Shown in pieces: positions 1 to 10,481 of a stretch of 32,000 nucleotides of DNA. The notes beneath the pieces were generated by a model that saw nothing but the letters and a program-made list of their open reading frames with translations, did not search any database and was not told the origin of the DNA. The stretch comes from Candidatus Pelagibacter sp. HTCC7211 (lineage in GTDB: Bacteria > Pseudomonadota > Alphaproteobacteria > Pelagibacterales > Pelagibacteraceae). The first letter of the stretch is position 1; each line of letters opens with the position of its first letter. Location: positions 1,050,001 through 1,082,000 of the forward strand of contig NZ_DS995298.1 of assembly GCF_000155895.1 (NCBI RefSeq). The letters are read 5' to 3'. The translations under genes and the position numbers were made by a program.

Positions 1-2634
1 TGCTTTAACCAATCCTTCCAATTGTAATTTATTCATATCTTTTGGATTAACTCTTTTCAAAAAATCATTAATAGAGTCAAATTTACCGTTTTCAGATCTT
101 TCTTTTATAACATTAGATATGGCTTCATAGCCAACTGCTTTGATGCCACCAAGTGCATAATAAAATTTATCTCCTTCTGTTCTAAAGTCTGCATAACATT
201 CATTGATATTAGGTCTTACAACTTTAATATTCAGTCTTTTTAATTCCTCATAAAATTCACTAAGTTTATTTTGATTAGAAATATCCATAGTCATTGATGC
301 TGCAATAAACTCCTTTGGATAATAAGTTTTTAAGAATGCTGTTTGATAAGAAATAATTGCATAAGCAGCTGCATGACTTTTATTAAATCCATATTCAGCA
401 AAAGGTTCAATTTTTAAAAAAATTCCAGCAGCTACATCTTTGGCTATCCCATTTTGTACCGCTCCTGCTATAAAACCCTGTTTTTGTTTTTCTAGTTCAG
501 CTCTTTTCTTTTTTCCCATTGCTCTTCTTAAAAGATCAGCTTGACCTGCTGTAAAACCTGACAACTTTTGTGCAATTTGCATTACTTGTTCTTGATAAAT
601 AATTACACCGTACGTTGGTTTTAAAATATCTTCTAAAAGTGGATGTAAGTAGTCTGGTGTTTGTCTTCCATGTTTACAGTCATTATAAGTTGAAATATTA
701 CTCATTGGTCCAGGTCTATAAAGAGCAACTAAAGCAATAATATCCTCTATATGGTTAGGTTTCATTTGAACTAATGCCTCTCTCATACCTGAGCTTTCAA
801 CTTGAAATAACCCAACTGTATTTCCACTAGATAAGAGCTCAAAAACCTTTTGATCTTCATAACTAATTTTTTCAATATCAAAATTTTTATCAATTTTTTT
901 TACTAATTTTTGAGTATTATTAATTACAGTTAGTGTTTTAAGACCTAAAAAATCAAATTTTACTAATCCTGCATTTTCTGCTGAATACATATCAAATTGT
1001 GTCGAAGGTAATAACAATTCTGATGAAGCATCCTTATACAGAGGGACAACCTCTGTAAGCTTTTTATCTGCTATAACAACACCCGCAGCATGTGTTGCAA
1101 CATTCCGATTTAAACCTTCCAATTTTAAAGAAAGATCTGTTAATTTTTTTACTCTTTGATCTTCATTTATTAATTTTTGTAATCTTGGTTCACCAGAAAT
1201 ACATTGGGTTAATGTTTGAGGTCTTGATGGATCAAAAGGTATCATTTTAGAAATGCTATCTACAAATCCATAAGGCAAACCCAACACTCTACCAACATCT
1301 CTAACAACCATTCTTGCTTTTAATTTTCCAAATGTAATTATGTGAGCAACACTATCTTGATATTTTTTTGTTAAATATTCAAAAACTAAATCCCTTTTTT
1401 CCTCACAAAAATCTATATCAAAATCAGGCATTGAAATACGATCAGGATTCAAAAACCTTTCAAAAATTAAATTAAATTTAATTGGATCAACATCCGTAAT
1501 TGAGAGACACCATGCAACTAGTGAACCTGCACCGGAACCTCTACCTGGTCCAACTGGAATATCGTTGTTTTTTGCCCATTTAATATAATCAGAAACAATA
1601 AGAAAATAACTTGAGTATTTCATTTCAATTATTATTGATAATTCGTGATTCAGTCTATCCTTATAGTCTAAGTAGTTTTTATCATTATCTAATTCATTTT
1701 CCTTAATTCCAAAAATTTTATTAAATTTAATTTTTAAACCACTTAATGAGTCTTTCTTCAAAAGATCATCGGCATTTCCCCCTTCTTCAGAACTTATATT
1801 TGGTAAAATAGGATTTGAAAATAAAGGTCTAAAATTACATCTTAGTGGAAAATTATAATTATTTTCTAATGCTTCTGGTAAATCTGCAAATAGTTCTGAC
1901 ATTTCAGAATTACTTTTAAAATAATGTTGATTGCTTAAATGCTTTCTATTTTTTTCGTTAATATAAGTTTTGTTTCCAATACAAATTAGTGCATCGTGAG
2001 CTTCGTGCATATCTTGATTAATATAAAAAACTTCATTTGTGGCAATAATAGGAATTTTTAATTCCAATGATTTATTTAAATTAAATTTTTCAAATCCTAA
2101 TTCATTTTGATCATTATGACGTTGTATCTCAATATAAAACCTGTCATCAAATGTTGAATTAAGTTTCTTGTATAAATCATGAATTTCAGTGAATTTTCCT
2201 TTATTAAATAATTCACCAAATAAACCAAATGTTGTACCTGAAAAAATTGCTACACCTTCATTATTTTCTAACAAATTATTAAAATCAACATGTGGATCAG
2301 AGAGCTTATCGTTTTCAAGAAATGATAGAGACGAAAGTTTGATTATTCTTTTATAGCCCTTCTCATTTAGCGAAAATAAGGGTAGCAAACCAACGGTATC
2401 ACCAAATTTAAAATTAATTTGAGTTCCTACAATTGGTTGTGTTCCAACTTTAGAAATTTTTTCAGCAAACTCAAGTGCCCCACAAAGATTTGAAGTATCA
2501 CAAAGAGCTAATGATTTAATTTTATTTGATTTTGCAAAATCTTGTAAATCATCAATTTTGACAGCACCTTCACATATAGAATATTGTGTGTGAATTTTAA
2601 GATGATTAAAGTTTTGAATTGCAGACTCAGCCAT
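1..2634 (-). CDS. dnaE: DNA polymerase III alpha subunit, N-terminal 878 codons (the rest of the gene lies beyond the window start)
   Basis: Absent from the ORF track because no stop falls in the window. Hand translation of the minus strand from ATG 2634..2632 gives MAESAIQNFNHLKIHTQYSICEGAV (PHP-domain start, same H-x-basic-x-H pattern as E. coli DnaE). The same frame gives IPVGPGRGSGAGSLVAWCLS (1560..1501) and YRPGPMSNISTYNDCKHGRQ (720..661). At every stretch I translated the frame was open, and it is in phase through base 1; I did not check every codon. The proS-lolCD-dnaE order is typical of Alphaproteobacteria. Confidence 0.93.
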   Translation of the reverse strand, partial: MAESAIQNFNHLKIHTQYSICEGAVKIDDLQDFAKSNKIKSLALCDTSNLCGALEFAEKISKVGTQPIVGTQINFKFGDTVGLLPLFSLNEKGYKRIIKLSSLSFLENDKLSDPHVDFNNLLENNEGVAIFSGTTFGLFGELFNKGKFTEIHDLYKKLNSTFDDRFYIEIQRHNDQNELGFEKFNLNKSLELKIPIIATNEVFYINQDMHEAHDALICIGNKTYINEKNRKHLSNQHYFKSNSEMSELFADLPEALENNYNFPLRCNFRPLFSNPILPNISSEEGGNADDLLKKDSLSGLKIKFNKIFGIKENELDNDKNYLDYKDRLNHELSIIIEMKYSSYFLIVSDYIKWAKNNDIPVGPGRGSGAGSLVAWCLSITDVDPIKFNLIFERFLNPDRISMPDFDIDFCEEKRDLVFEYLTKKYQDSVAHIITFGKLKARMVVRDVGRVLGLPYGFVDSISKMIPFDPSRPQTLTQCISGEPRLQKLINEDQRVKKLTDLSLKLEGLNRNVATHAAGVVIADKKLTEVVPLYKDASSELLLPSTQFDMYSAENAGLVKFDFLGLKTLTVINNTQKLVKKIDKNFDIEKISYEDQKVFELLSSGNTVGLFQVESSGMREALVQMKPNHIEDIIALVALYRPGPMSNISTYNDCKHGRQTPDYLHPLLEDILKPTYGVIIYQEQVMQIAQKLSGFTAGQADLLRRAMGKKKRAELEKQKQGFIAGAVQNGIAKDVAAGIFLKIEPFAEYGFNKSHAAAYAIISYQTAFLKTYYPKEFIAASMTMDISNQNKLSEFYEELKRLNIKVVRPNINECYADFRTEGDKFYYALGGIKAVGYEAISNVIKERSENGKFDSINDFLKRVNPKDMNKLQLEGLVKA

Positions 2635-3304
2635 GTGAAGGTTTTATCTTACCATCACTCATCTCCAATAGTAAATCTGCTTTATTTGCAAAAAATCTAT
2701 TGTGAGTTGCAAATATTATGAGCCTATTAGGATTTTTTTGACTTTCCAAAAGTTGAAAAATTTCTTTTGCTGTATTTAAATCTAGACTTCCAGTTGGTTC
2801 ATCTGCAAGAATAATTTCAGGATCGTTAATAATAGCTCTTGCAATCGCAACTCTTTGAGACTCGCCTCCAGATAATTGAGAGGGAAAATGATTTGATCTA
2901 TTTGATAAACCAATTTTTTTTAATAAATTTTCTGCTTTTGATATTGCCAAATCTTTATTATTGTTCAAAGATAGATTTGCTAAATAAACATTTTCTAACG
3001 CTGTAAAATCAGGAAGCAAATTATTTTGTTGATAAACAATACCAATATTTTTGGCTCTAAAGATGTCATTCTTATTTTTGTTGTTAAAATTAATCTGATT
3101 ATTACTGAATTTAATAGACCCAAGTGAAGGTCTATCAATCAAAGAAATTAAATTAAGTAATGTAGATTTACCAGATCCAGAGGGACCCATTAAAGCATAA
3201 ACTTTTCCTTTATGAAAATCATATGATAAATTTTTTAATACCTTAATTTTTTTATCAATATTAAAGTTTTTTGAAATATTTTTTAATTGAAGATAATTAT
3301 TCAT
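2627..3304 (-). CDS. lolD: Lipoprotein-releasing system ATP-binding protein (ABC ATPase)
   Basis: 225 aa with Walker A GPSGSGKST, ABC signature LSGGESQRVAIARA and Walker B IILADEPTGSLD. It sits directly downstream of a LolC/E-type permease, with 8-nt overlaps on both sides. Confidence 0.9.
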   Translation of the reverse strand: MNNYLQLKNISKNFNIDKKIKVLKNLSYDFHKGKVYALMGPSGSGKSTLLNLISLIDRPSLGSIKFSNNQINFNNKNKNDIFRAKNIGIVYQQNNLLPDFTALENVYLANLSLNNNKDLAISKAENLLKKIGLSNRSNHFPSQLSGGESQRVAIARAIINDPEIILADEPTGSLDLNTAKEIFQLLESQKNPNRLIIFATHNRFFANKADLLLEMSDGKIKPSHG

Positions 3305-4532
3305 ATTTCAACGCTTTAATTGGATCTAGTTTAGCAGCTTTAAATGCTGGAAATATTGACACAATTATTGTTATTAATATTGAACAAATTGATATCAATA
3401 ATATTGATGAAGGATCAATTTCTGAGGGCATTTTACTTAAGAAATAAATTTCCTCAGGAAATAAACTAATATTAAAAGTTGAACTTAGAAATTGCCTTAA
3501 ATTTTCAATGTATAATGAAAAAGTTACTCCTAAAAAAATCCCAAATAAAGTAGCTGAAGTACCAATTAATATTCCAATTAGAAAAAAGATTTTAATAATT
3601 GATTTATTTAAAACACCAATTGATTTTAAAATAGCAATATCACGTGTCTTATTTTTAACTAAAATTGTTAAACCGGATATTATGTTAAACGCTGCAACAA
3701 TAATTATTAGTGATAATATAATAAACATAACATTTCGTTCAACTTTTAAAGCTGAAAATAATGACTTATTCATATCAGCCCAAGTGTAAATAAATTCTTG
3801 ATCAAAAATTTCTTGCACAATTTGTTTTTGAGTTTCAATATTATTTGGATTTTTTAAATAGATTTCTAAGTTTCTATCTTTTTTTTCAAAGCCAAAAAAA
3901 TCATCAAGAGTGTCCAGGTTAATTAAAGCAATATTATTATCAAAATCAGCTAATCCACTGTTAAAAATTGAAGTGACTTTAAAAATTTTCTGTTTTGGCA
4001 TACTGCCTATAATAGTCTCAACTCCAGATGGAGACATCAGTGTAATCTTATCTCCAATTTTAAGATCTAAACTAAAACTTAGCTCATTACCTATCGATAT
4101 AGAATTTTCGTCTAAATGAGATCTTATTCCTTTAAATTTTTTATTTTTTATAATTGTTAATTTTGAAAAATCATCACTTTTGTATCCTCTTAAAACAATT
4201 CCTTTTGATGTATTATTTTTTAAGATTATTGCTTCTCCTGAGTTGCTAAAAATAATATCATTACTAATAAGTTTTAGATTATTGTTCTTAAGTTTATTTT
4301 GATTAATACCGTTTTCTTCATAAGACTTAACGGTTATATGGGAGTTAAAACCAACAATCTTGTTGATCAGTTCTGTTCTAAAACCGTTCATAACAGACAT
4401 AACTATAATTAAAACAGCAACACCTAAGCTGATGCCAATAAATGAAAAAATTGAAATGATATTCAGAAAGCCATCTTTTTTTCTAGCCTTTAAAAATCTA
4501 AAAGTAATTTCTTTTTCTAACGTAGAAATCAA
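3297..4532 (-). CDS. lolC: Lipoprotein-releasing system transmembrane permease, LolC/LolE family (FtsX/MacB-type)
   Basis: 411 aa. The N-terminus has RFLKARKKDGF followed by a TM helix and SVMNGF, as in LolC/E. There is a large periplasmic loop and a C-terminal FtsX-like 3-TM domain. The start codon is TTG (4532..4530), overlapping the proS TGA stop as TTGA; the nearest in-frame ATG codons lie after the first TM helix. Confidence 0.88.
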   Translation of the reverse strand: MISTLEKEITFRFLKARKKDGFLNIISIFSFIGISLGVAVLIIVMSVMNGFRTELINKIVGFNSHITVKSYEENGINQNKLKNNNLKLISNDIIFSNSGEAIILKNNTSKGIVLRGYKSDDFSKLTIIKNKKFKGIRSHLDENSISIGNELSFSLDLKIGDKITLMSPSGVETIIGSMPKQKIFKVTSIFNSGLADFDNNIALINLDTLDDFFGFEKKDRNLEIYLKNPNNIETQKQIVQEIFDQEFIYTWADMNKSLFSALKVERNVMFIILSLIIIVAAFNIISGLTILVKNKTRDIAILKSIGVLNKSIIKIFFLIGILIGTSATLFGIFLGVTFSLYIENLRQFLSSTFNISLFPEEIYFLSKMPSEIDPSSILLISICSILITIIVSIFPAFKAAKLDPIKALKYE

Positions 4533-5863
4533 TTGGAAGCTTTTTGTTTTGTTATAATCTCAATTATTTTCTCTAATGATAAATTTTGAGTTTCACCACC
4601 AGGTTCTTTAAATTCTAAAAGGTCACCATCTGATTTTTTTCCAATAATTATTTGGTATGGTGCACCAATTAAGTTCATCTTTTTAATTTTTGACGAATAG
4701 TTCTCATCTGTATCATCTATAATTGCTTCAATATTATTTCTAATTAATTCTGAATTGATTTTATTTGCTTTTTCAAGAGCAGAATTGTCATTTTTATTTA
4801 TCATTGGAATTAGTGCTATATCATATGGAGCAACAGACAATGGCCATTTCATGATTTCATTTTCATCATCATATTTAGCCTCAATAATAGCCCCAACTAA
4901 TCTTGAAACTCCAATTCCATATGAGCCCATTTTAACAAAATCTTTTTTTCCACCAGGAAGATCTACAGCTGTATCCATTGCTTTTGAGTATTTATCTCCA
5001 AAATAAAATATATGACCTACCTCTATACCTTTTGTTATTAATCTATTTTCTTCACTGACCATCTTTTCAAATTCAACTTTATTAAATTTTTCATCTGTTA
5101 CAGAATAAAATTTCTCATATCTTTTTCTCATTTGTTCTAGAGATGATTTTTCTAGTTCGGTATCATCATTAGTTAAATCAAAAATTCTTTTATCAGTAAA
5201 AATTTTACTTTCACCAGTATCAGCTAAAATTATAAATTCATGTGATAAATTTCCGCCTATTGGCCCTGTATCAGCTGCCATTGGAATAGCTGTTAAAGAT
5301 AATCTTTTAAATGTTCTTAAATAAGATAAGAAAAATTTATTATATGAGAAAAAAGCATCTTCATCTGTAATATCAAATGAGTATGCATCTTTCATATAAA
5401 ATTCTCTTCCCCTCATAATTCCAAATCGAGGTCTAATCTCATCTCTAAATTTCCATTGTATATGATAAAGTAATTGTGGTAATGATTTATAAGATTTTAA
5501 AGACGATCTAAATATTTCAGTAACTTGTTCTTCGTTGGTTGGTCCATAAAGCATCTCTCTATTTTGACGATCTTTAATCCTAAGCATTTCCTCGCCATAA
5601 TCATCATATCGACCACTTTCTTTCCAAATTTCACTTGATTGAATTGTTGGCATTAAAATTTCTTGAGCACCAATTTTATCTTGTTCCTCTCTGACAATTT
5701 TTTCAATCTTTTTCATTACTTTAAAGCCAAGTGGCAACCATGAGTAAATACCAGCAGAAGCTTGTTTAATCATTCCAACTCTCAACATCAATTGATGAGA
5801 TTTTATTTTGGCCTCTGAAGGATTGTTTTTTAAAATTGGGATAAATGATTTTGATAAAAGCAT
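4529..5863 (-). CDS. proS: Prolyl-tRNA synthetase (short alphaproteobacterial type without the INS editing domain)
   Basis: 444 aa with class II motifs FRDEIRPRFGIMRGREFYMKDAYSF and GSYGIGVSRLVGAIIE, plus a C-terminal anticodon-binding domain. The length matches ProRS forms that lack the insertion domain. Confidence 0.93.
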   Translation of the reverse strand: MLLSKSFIPILKNNPSEAKIKSHQLMLRVGMIKQASAGIYSWLPLGFKVMKKIEKIVREEQDKIGAQEILMPTIQSSEIWKESGRYDDYGEEMLRIKDRQNREMLYGPTNEEQVTEIFRSSLKSYKSLPQLLYHIQWKFRDEIRPRFGIMRGREFYMKDAYSFDITDEDAFFSYNKFFLSYLRTFKRLSLTAIPMAADTGPIGGNLSHEFIILADTGESKIFTDKRIFDLTNDDTELEKSSLEQMRKRYEKFYSVTDEKFNKVEFEKMVSEENRLITKGIEVGHIFYFGDKYSKAMDTAVDLPGGKKDFVKMGSYGIGVSRLVGAIIEAKYDDENEIMKWPLSVAPYDIALIPMINKNDNSALEKANKINSELIRNNIEAIIDDTDENYSSKIKKMNLIGAPYQIIIGKKSDGDLLEFKEPGGETQNLSLEKIIEIITKQKASN

Positions 5864-5864
5864 A

Positions 5865-6110
5865 TTAATTAATAATATTTCTTAAGTTTAAGTATTCATA
5901 TTTCATCAATAAATAAATTATTACGAAAATAAAGCTTGTTATACCAGTACAATAAATAAACTTTTTTAACATTTTTGGATTTTCTGGTGATCCAGGATCT
6001 TCACCTTCAATTTTAACCGTTTTTGTTCTATTCACATCTATTGGCAAAATAGCAAAAAACACAATCCACCAAATAATTATATAAATGATGGCTAAACCAG
6101 TAATGCTCAT
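5865..6110 (-). CDS. DUF1467-family small membrane protein
   Basis: 81 aa with two TM helices. The N-terminal IWWIVFFAILPI and central EDPGSPENPKMLKK resemble the DUF1467 pattern (WW..lFavLP ... GaP..P) as I recall it. The position between rnj and proS is also as I recall it for Alphaproteobacteria. Confidence 0.75.
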   Translation of the reverse strand: MSITGLAIIYIIIWWIVFFAILPIDVNRTKTVKIEGEDPGSPENPKMLKKFIYCTGITSFIFVIIYLLMKYEYLNLRNIIN

Positions 6111-7768
6111 TAAATCCGGACTAAATTAATATTTGTAAATGGTTTTTTTCCAGTTTTTTCTTTTGAAAACTTTCTGCATGCTATTTTAAGAGCATCGATT
6201 AAATTATGTTCTTGTTGTCGACTACCAACTTTGAATGATCTTGTTGTCTTTTCTATTTCGTATTCTAGCCCATAATCAAATTCATCTTTATCATATACAG
6301 GCAAACCCCTGTAAGAAAGCACTGGATTATTGTGAATATTTCCTTTTGGAGTGATGATAATTGTTACTTCCATATATCCATTTGCGCTTAGGTTTTTTCT
6401 ATCTTTAATCGATTGAGAGTCACCATCTACACTTATACTTCCATCGAGATATAATCTTCCACTTGGCGCCTTATCATATACTTCTGGTTTATCTCCAGGA
6501 TATAATTTGACAATATCACCATTTTCAACTTGTACAGGATGAGGAACTTGCATTTCTTTTGCAAAGTTTATGTGTTCAATCATATGTCTATGTTCACCAT
6601 GCACTGGTATTACACATTTGGGTTTTACCCAATTATACATATCTTTAAGATCTTCTCTGTTTGGATGGCCTGAAACATGAATAAATTCTGTTTCTTCAGA
6701 AATTACTTCTATACCATCTTTGACTAATTGATTATGAAGTTTATATAATTTTTTTTCATTTCCAGGAATTATCTTTGAAGAAAAAATAACTGCATCACCC
6801 TTTTCTATAAAGACATCTGGATGGATATAGCTTGAAATTCTCATCATTGCACCCATTGGCTCACCTTGACTACCAGTACATAAATAAACAATTTTTTCTC
6901 TTGAAAAATTCTTAGCCTCTCTTGCGTCTATTGGTTCAATGGTATTTTTTAAGTAGCCACATTGTCGAGCAGCTTTATAAATGCGGTGCATTGATCTACC
7001 AACCAATGAAATTTGTCTTCCTGTTTTTTCAGCACAATAAAAAGCTGTTTCCATTCTCGCAACATTGGATGCAAATGAGGTAATGATTATTCTCTTTTTT
7101 AAACGTGTCATTACATTAAGTAAATTTTTTCTAACATCTAATTCAGATCCTGATCTTCCTGCGCTAAAAACATTGGTTGAGTCACAAATCATTGCAAGAA
7201 CACCTTCTTCACCTATTTGTTTTAATCTCTCTTGATTAATTTTGTCACCTACTAATGGATTTGGATCAACTTTCCAATCACCTGTGTGAAGGATAGATCC
7301 AGCAGGAGTTTTTATTTTCAAACCATTAGGTTCTAAAATTGAATGAGTAAGTGTTATATATTCGATCTCAAAAGGATCCAATGATACCTTTCCATTTAGT
7401 TCAACTATTTTTAAATCTTTAGTTATATCTATTTGTTTTTCCTTAAATTTTTCTTTAATAAGAACAGCTGTAAACGGAGTTGCATAAATTTTACACTTTA
7501 ATTGAGGCCACAAATGAGCAATCGCTCCAATATGATCCTCATGAGCATGGGTTAAAACTATCCCAAGTAAATTATCTCTTCTCTCTACAATAAAACCAGG
7601 GTCAGGATAAATTAAATCAACTCCAGGAATTGTGTCATCAGCAAATGTAACACCTATATCCACCATAATCCATTTATGGTCGCTTGGTTGGCCATAACCA
7701 AACAAGTTCATGTTCATGCCTATTTCGCCTGATCCACCTAGTGGACAAAATAATAATTCATCTTTCAT
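6110..7768 (-). CDS. rnj: Ribonuclease J (metallo-beta-lactamase / beta-CASP RNase)
   Basis: 552 aa with the HxHxDH motif LTHAHEDHIGA, beta-CASP-type spacing and a C-terminal domain. Conserved position downstream of coaX. Confidence 0.9.
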   Translation of the reverse strand: MKDELLFCPLGGSGEIGMNMNLFGYGQPSDHKWIMVDIGVTFADDTIPGVDLIYPDPGFIVERRDNLLGIVLTHAHEDHIGAIAHLWPQLKCKIYATPFTAVLIKEKFKEKQIDITKDLKIVELNGKVSLDPFEIEYITLTHSILEPNGLKIKTPAGSILHTGDWKVDPNPLVGDKINQERLKQIGEEGVLAMICDSTNVFSAGRSGSELDVRKNLLNVMTRLKKRIIITSFASNVARMETAFYCAEKTGRQISLVGRSMHRIYKAARQCGYLKNTIEPIDAREAKNFSREKIVYLCTGSQGEPMGAMMRISSYIHPDVFIEKGDAVIFSSKIIPGNEKKLYKLHNQLVKDGIEVISEETEFIHVSGHPNREDLKDMYNWVKPKCVIPVHGEHRHMIEHINFAKEMQVPHPVQVENGDIVKLYPGDKPEVYDKAPSGRLYLDGSISVDGDSQSIKDRKNLSANGYMEVTIIITPKGNIHNNPVLSYRGLPVYDKDEFDYGLEYEIEKTTRSFKVGSRQQEHNLIDALKIACRKFSKEKTGKKPFTNINLVRI

Positions 7769-7769
7769 T

Positions 7770-8507
7770 TTATTTGATTAATTTTGTGATCTTTAGAAGT
7801 CCGTTAATAGTAATATCCTTATTATGAATAACCTTTGTTTTTATTGATTTTTTAAATAATTCAGAAAATCCCCCAGTAATAATTACTTTAAAAGATTTTC
7901 TTGTCTCTTTCTTAATTAAATTAATGATATTGTCAATTAAACCAGCATAACCCCAGAAAAAACCCGATCTAACAGCTGAGATTGTGTCTTTACCGATAAC
8001 TTTTTTTATTAATTTTAGATTAATTTTAGGGATTAAAGTTGCTTTGTCTGACAAGGTATTTAAAGAAAGTCTTATACCTGGAGCAATTATTCCACCTGTA
8101 TAAGTATTTTTTATAAGTACGTCAAATGTTGTAGCAGTACCAAAATCAAGAATTATAAAATTATCTTTATTATTCATTAAACTTATTGCATTAGTAATTC
8201 TGTCTGAACCAACTTGTTTATAATTAACTTTAATTTTAATTAAAGATTTTAAATTCAAATTTTTAACTTCATTGCATTTTACTTTAGTTTTTTTAATTAA
8301 ATATTTCTTAATTAAATTAAAAGATTTTGGAACAACACTACAGAATAATATTTTTTCTATTTTCTTAAAATCTATTTTAAAATTTTTTTTTAGTTTTTTT
8401 TGATTTATGTCCTTAGTTAAAAAAATTATTTTTTTAAGAATTTTATTTTGTTTAGATACCAAAAAAAGTTTGGTCTCACTATTTCCAATATCACCTAATA
8501 AGTACAT
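7770..8507 (-). CDS. coaX: Type III pantothenate kinase
   Basis: 245 aa with ASKHA phosphate motifs GDIGNSETK and LDFGTATTFD, and IITGG near the C-terminus. birA-coaX adjacency is typical. Confidence 0.9.
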   Translation of the reverse strand: MYLLGDIGNSETKLFLVSKQNKILKKIIFLTKDINQKKLKKNFKIDFKKIEKILFCSVVPKSFNLIKKYLIKKTKVKCNEVKNLNLKSLIKIKVNYKQVGSDRITNAISLMNNKDNFIILDFGTATTFDVLIKNTYTGGIIAPGIRLSLNTLSDKATLIPKINLKLIKKVIGKDTISAVRSGFFWGYAGLIDNIINLIKKETRKSFKVIITGGFSELFKKSIKTKVIHNKDITINGLLKITKLIK

Positions 8508-9062
8508 TTACATTCCATTCATTTTGTAATTTATCTTATACATTTTAGATAAGTTTTTTTCAAAAACTTCTTTTAGATCATTTTCGAATTTTTTCTTATT
8601 AATTCGTTTATTTGTTATTTCGTATAAATTTGTTGTTGGATATTTTTTTATTTTAGGACTTTTAATTAAATTTATGCCTATGCCAATAATTAGAAAACTT
8701 TTATCTGATATTGATATAATTTCTTGCAGTATTCCACTTACCTTTTTTTTATTTATCAATAAATCATTTGGTTTTTTAAATACAATTTTTTTTTTACAAT
8801 ATTTGATTAATATCTTTTTGACTAATAAACAATTAATTTTAGTTAAGGCTGATAAAGACATATTAATATTTTTAAGTTCGTGGAAAAAACTTACAAACAA
8901 ATTTCCTTTATATGAAATCCATTTATTCCCATACTGACCTTTGCCGCTTAATTGAGTATCTGAAATTACCATACCAAATTTAAAATTTGTATTTTTAATA
9001 ATTCGAATTGCTGTGTTGTTTGTACTTTTAACTTTTTTAAAATTAAATTTTTTAAATTTCAT
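8508..9062 (-). CDS. birA: Biotin--[acetyl-CoA-carboxylase] ligase, unusually short (184 aa) group I form
   Basis: BPL core motifs occur in order: KSTNN, GKGQYGNKW (equivalent to GRGRRGRKW), KKPNDLLINKKKVSGILQE and GIGINL. Only about 51 aa follow GIGINL. See the finding on this gene. Confidence 0.8.
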   Translation of the reverse strand: MKFKKFNFKKVKSTNNTAIRIIKNTNFKFGMVISDTQLSGKGQYGNKWISYKGNLFVSFFHELKNINMSLSALTKINCLLVKKILIKYCKKKIVFKKPNDLLINKKKVSGILQEIISISDKSFLIIGIGINLIKSPKIKKYPTTNLYEITNKRINKKKFENDLKEVFEKNLSKMYKINYKMNGM

Positions 9063-10480
9063 TAAATAATATTAATTCTTGATACAACGTCAATTAATTG
9101 ACTTGGGAAAATGAAGTATAGTAGAATTAATATTGTTGAAAAAGTGAGTGAAAATTTTAACCAGATACTATGATCTTCGTCATACTTTTCTTTTTCTTCA
9201 TCAAAATAAATAATTTTTATAATTCTTAAATAATAAAATGCAGCTACAACAGTTGATAGCAAACCTACTACAGCCAAGAAGAACATAGACTGCTCTATTA
9301 CTGCTTTAAAAATATAGAATTTTGCAAAAAAACCAGCAAGTGGTGGAATTCCAGCTAATGAAAAAAGAATTACTAGTAAAGATAAAGACAATAAAGGATG
9401 ATTTTTAGAAAGCCCTGAAAGATCTTTGATATCCTCGTAATATTTATTATTTCTTTTCAACATTAATAAGCACGAAAATAGTGCTAAATTCATAATTATA
9501 TATATTGATATATAAACAATTGAACTCTGAATTCCATTATTAGTTCCAGCTGCTAATCCAGCTAACGTATAACCTATGTGACTAATAGAACTGTAAGCTA
9601 TAAGTCTTTTTATATTAGTTTGACCTATTGCAGCAATTGCTCCAAAAAGCATAGAGGCGATTGATAAAAAAACTATTATCATTTGCCATTGATCTATTAA
9701 ATTTAAAAAGGGTACGTAGAGAAATCTAATGAATACTGTCAATGCAGCAATCTTTGGTACCATTGTAAAAAATAAAGTAACAGATGTAGGTGATCCCTGA
9801 TAAACATCTGGCGCCCACATATGAAAAGGAACAGCAGAAATTTTGAAAGCTAAACCTACAAGAATAAATACTATTCCAAATGTTAGAACATATTCGTTTG
9901 AATTAAGCTGACTTGAAATAATGTCAAAATTTGTTGATCCAGAGAATCCATATATTAATGAACAACCGTATAAAAGTAATCCTGATGATAGGGCACTTAA
10001 AACAAAATATTTTAATCCTGCTTCAGAAGATTGTAATTGATCTCGATTAAAAGTAGCCAAAACATAAAGTGCTAAAGATTGTAGTTCTAGACCCATATAA
10101 AATACAATTAAATCGTTTGAGCTAATCATAACCATCATACCTAAAACAGAACTCAGTATTAAAACAGGATATTCAATTTTAAATAATTTAAATGTTTTAA
10201 GATAATTTGTAGAAATAGTTAAAACTAAAAAAGCTCCAAGTAGAGTAATTATTTTCATCAATGATGACATGTGATCTATTACAACACTGTCTTTAAATAA
10301 AGTAATACGATCAATAGCAAAAGTTTCATTGATTGTTATTACTGCAGTTATTAAAAGTATTAACTGAGAAATGTTAAAAACAATTTTAGAGCTTTTTTTT
10401 TTAAAAACTCCTAAAACTAATAGAAACATAATTGAAAGTGCAATAAATATTTCAGGTAATATTAAATCGATATTTTCCAT
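9062..10480 (-). CDS. nuoN: NADH-quinone oxidoreductase subunit N
   Basis: 472 aa polytopic antiporter-like subunit with MWAPDVYQGSPTSVTLFF. It is the last gene of the nuo order. Confidence 0.95.
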   Translation of the reverse strand: MENIDLILPEIFIALSIMFLLVLGVFKKKSSKIVFNISQLILLITAVITINETFAIDRITLFKDSVVIDHMSSLMKIITLLGAFLVLTISTNYLKTFKLFKIEYPVLILSSVLGMMVMISSNDLIVFYMGLELQSLALYVLATFNRDQLQSSEAGLKYFVLSALSSGLLLYGCSLIYGFSGSTNFDIISSQLNSNEYVLTFGIVFILVGLAFKISAVPFHMWAPDVYQGSPTSVTLFFTMVPKIAALTVFIRFLYVPFLNLIDQWQMIIVFLSIASMLFGAIAAIGQTNIKRLIAYSSISHIGYTLAGLAAGTNNGIQSSIVYISIYIIMNLALFSCLLMLKRNNKYYEDIKDLSGLSKNHPLLSLSLLVILFSLAGIPPLAGFFAKFYIFKAVIEQSMFFLAVVGLLSTVVAAFYYLRIIKIIYFDEEKEKYDEDHSIWLKFSLTFSTILILLYFIFPSQLIDVVSRINII

Positions 10481-10481
10481 A

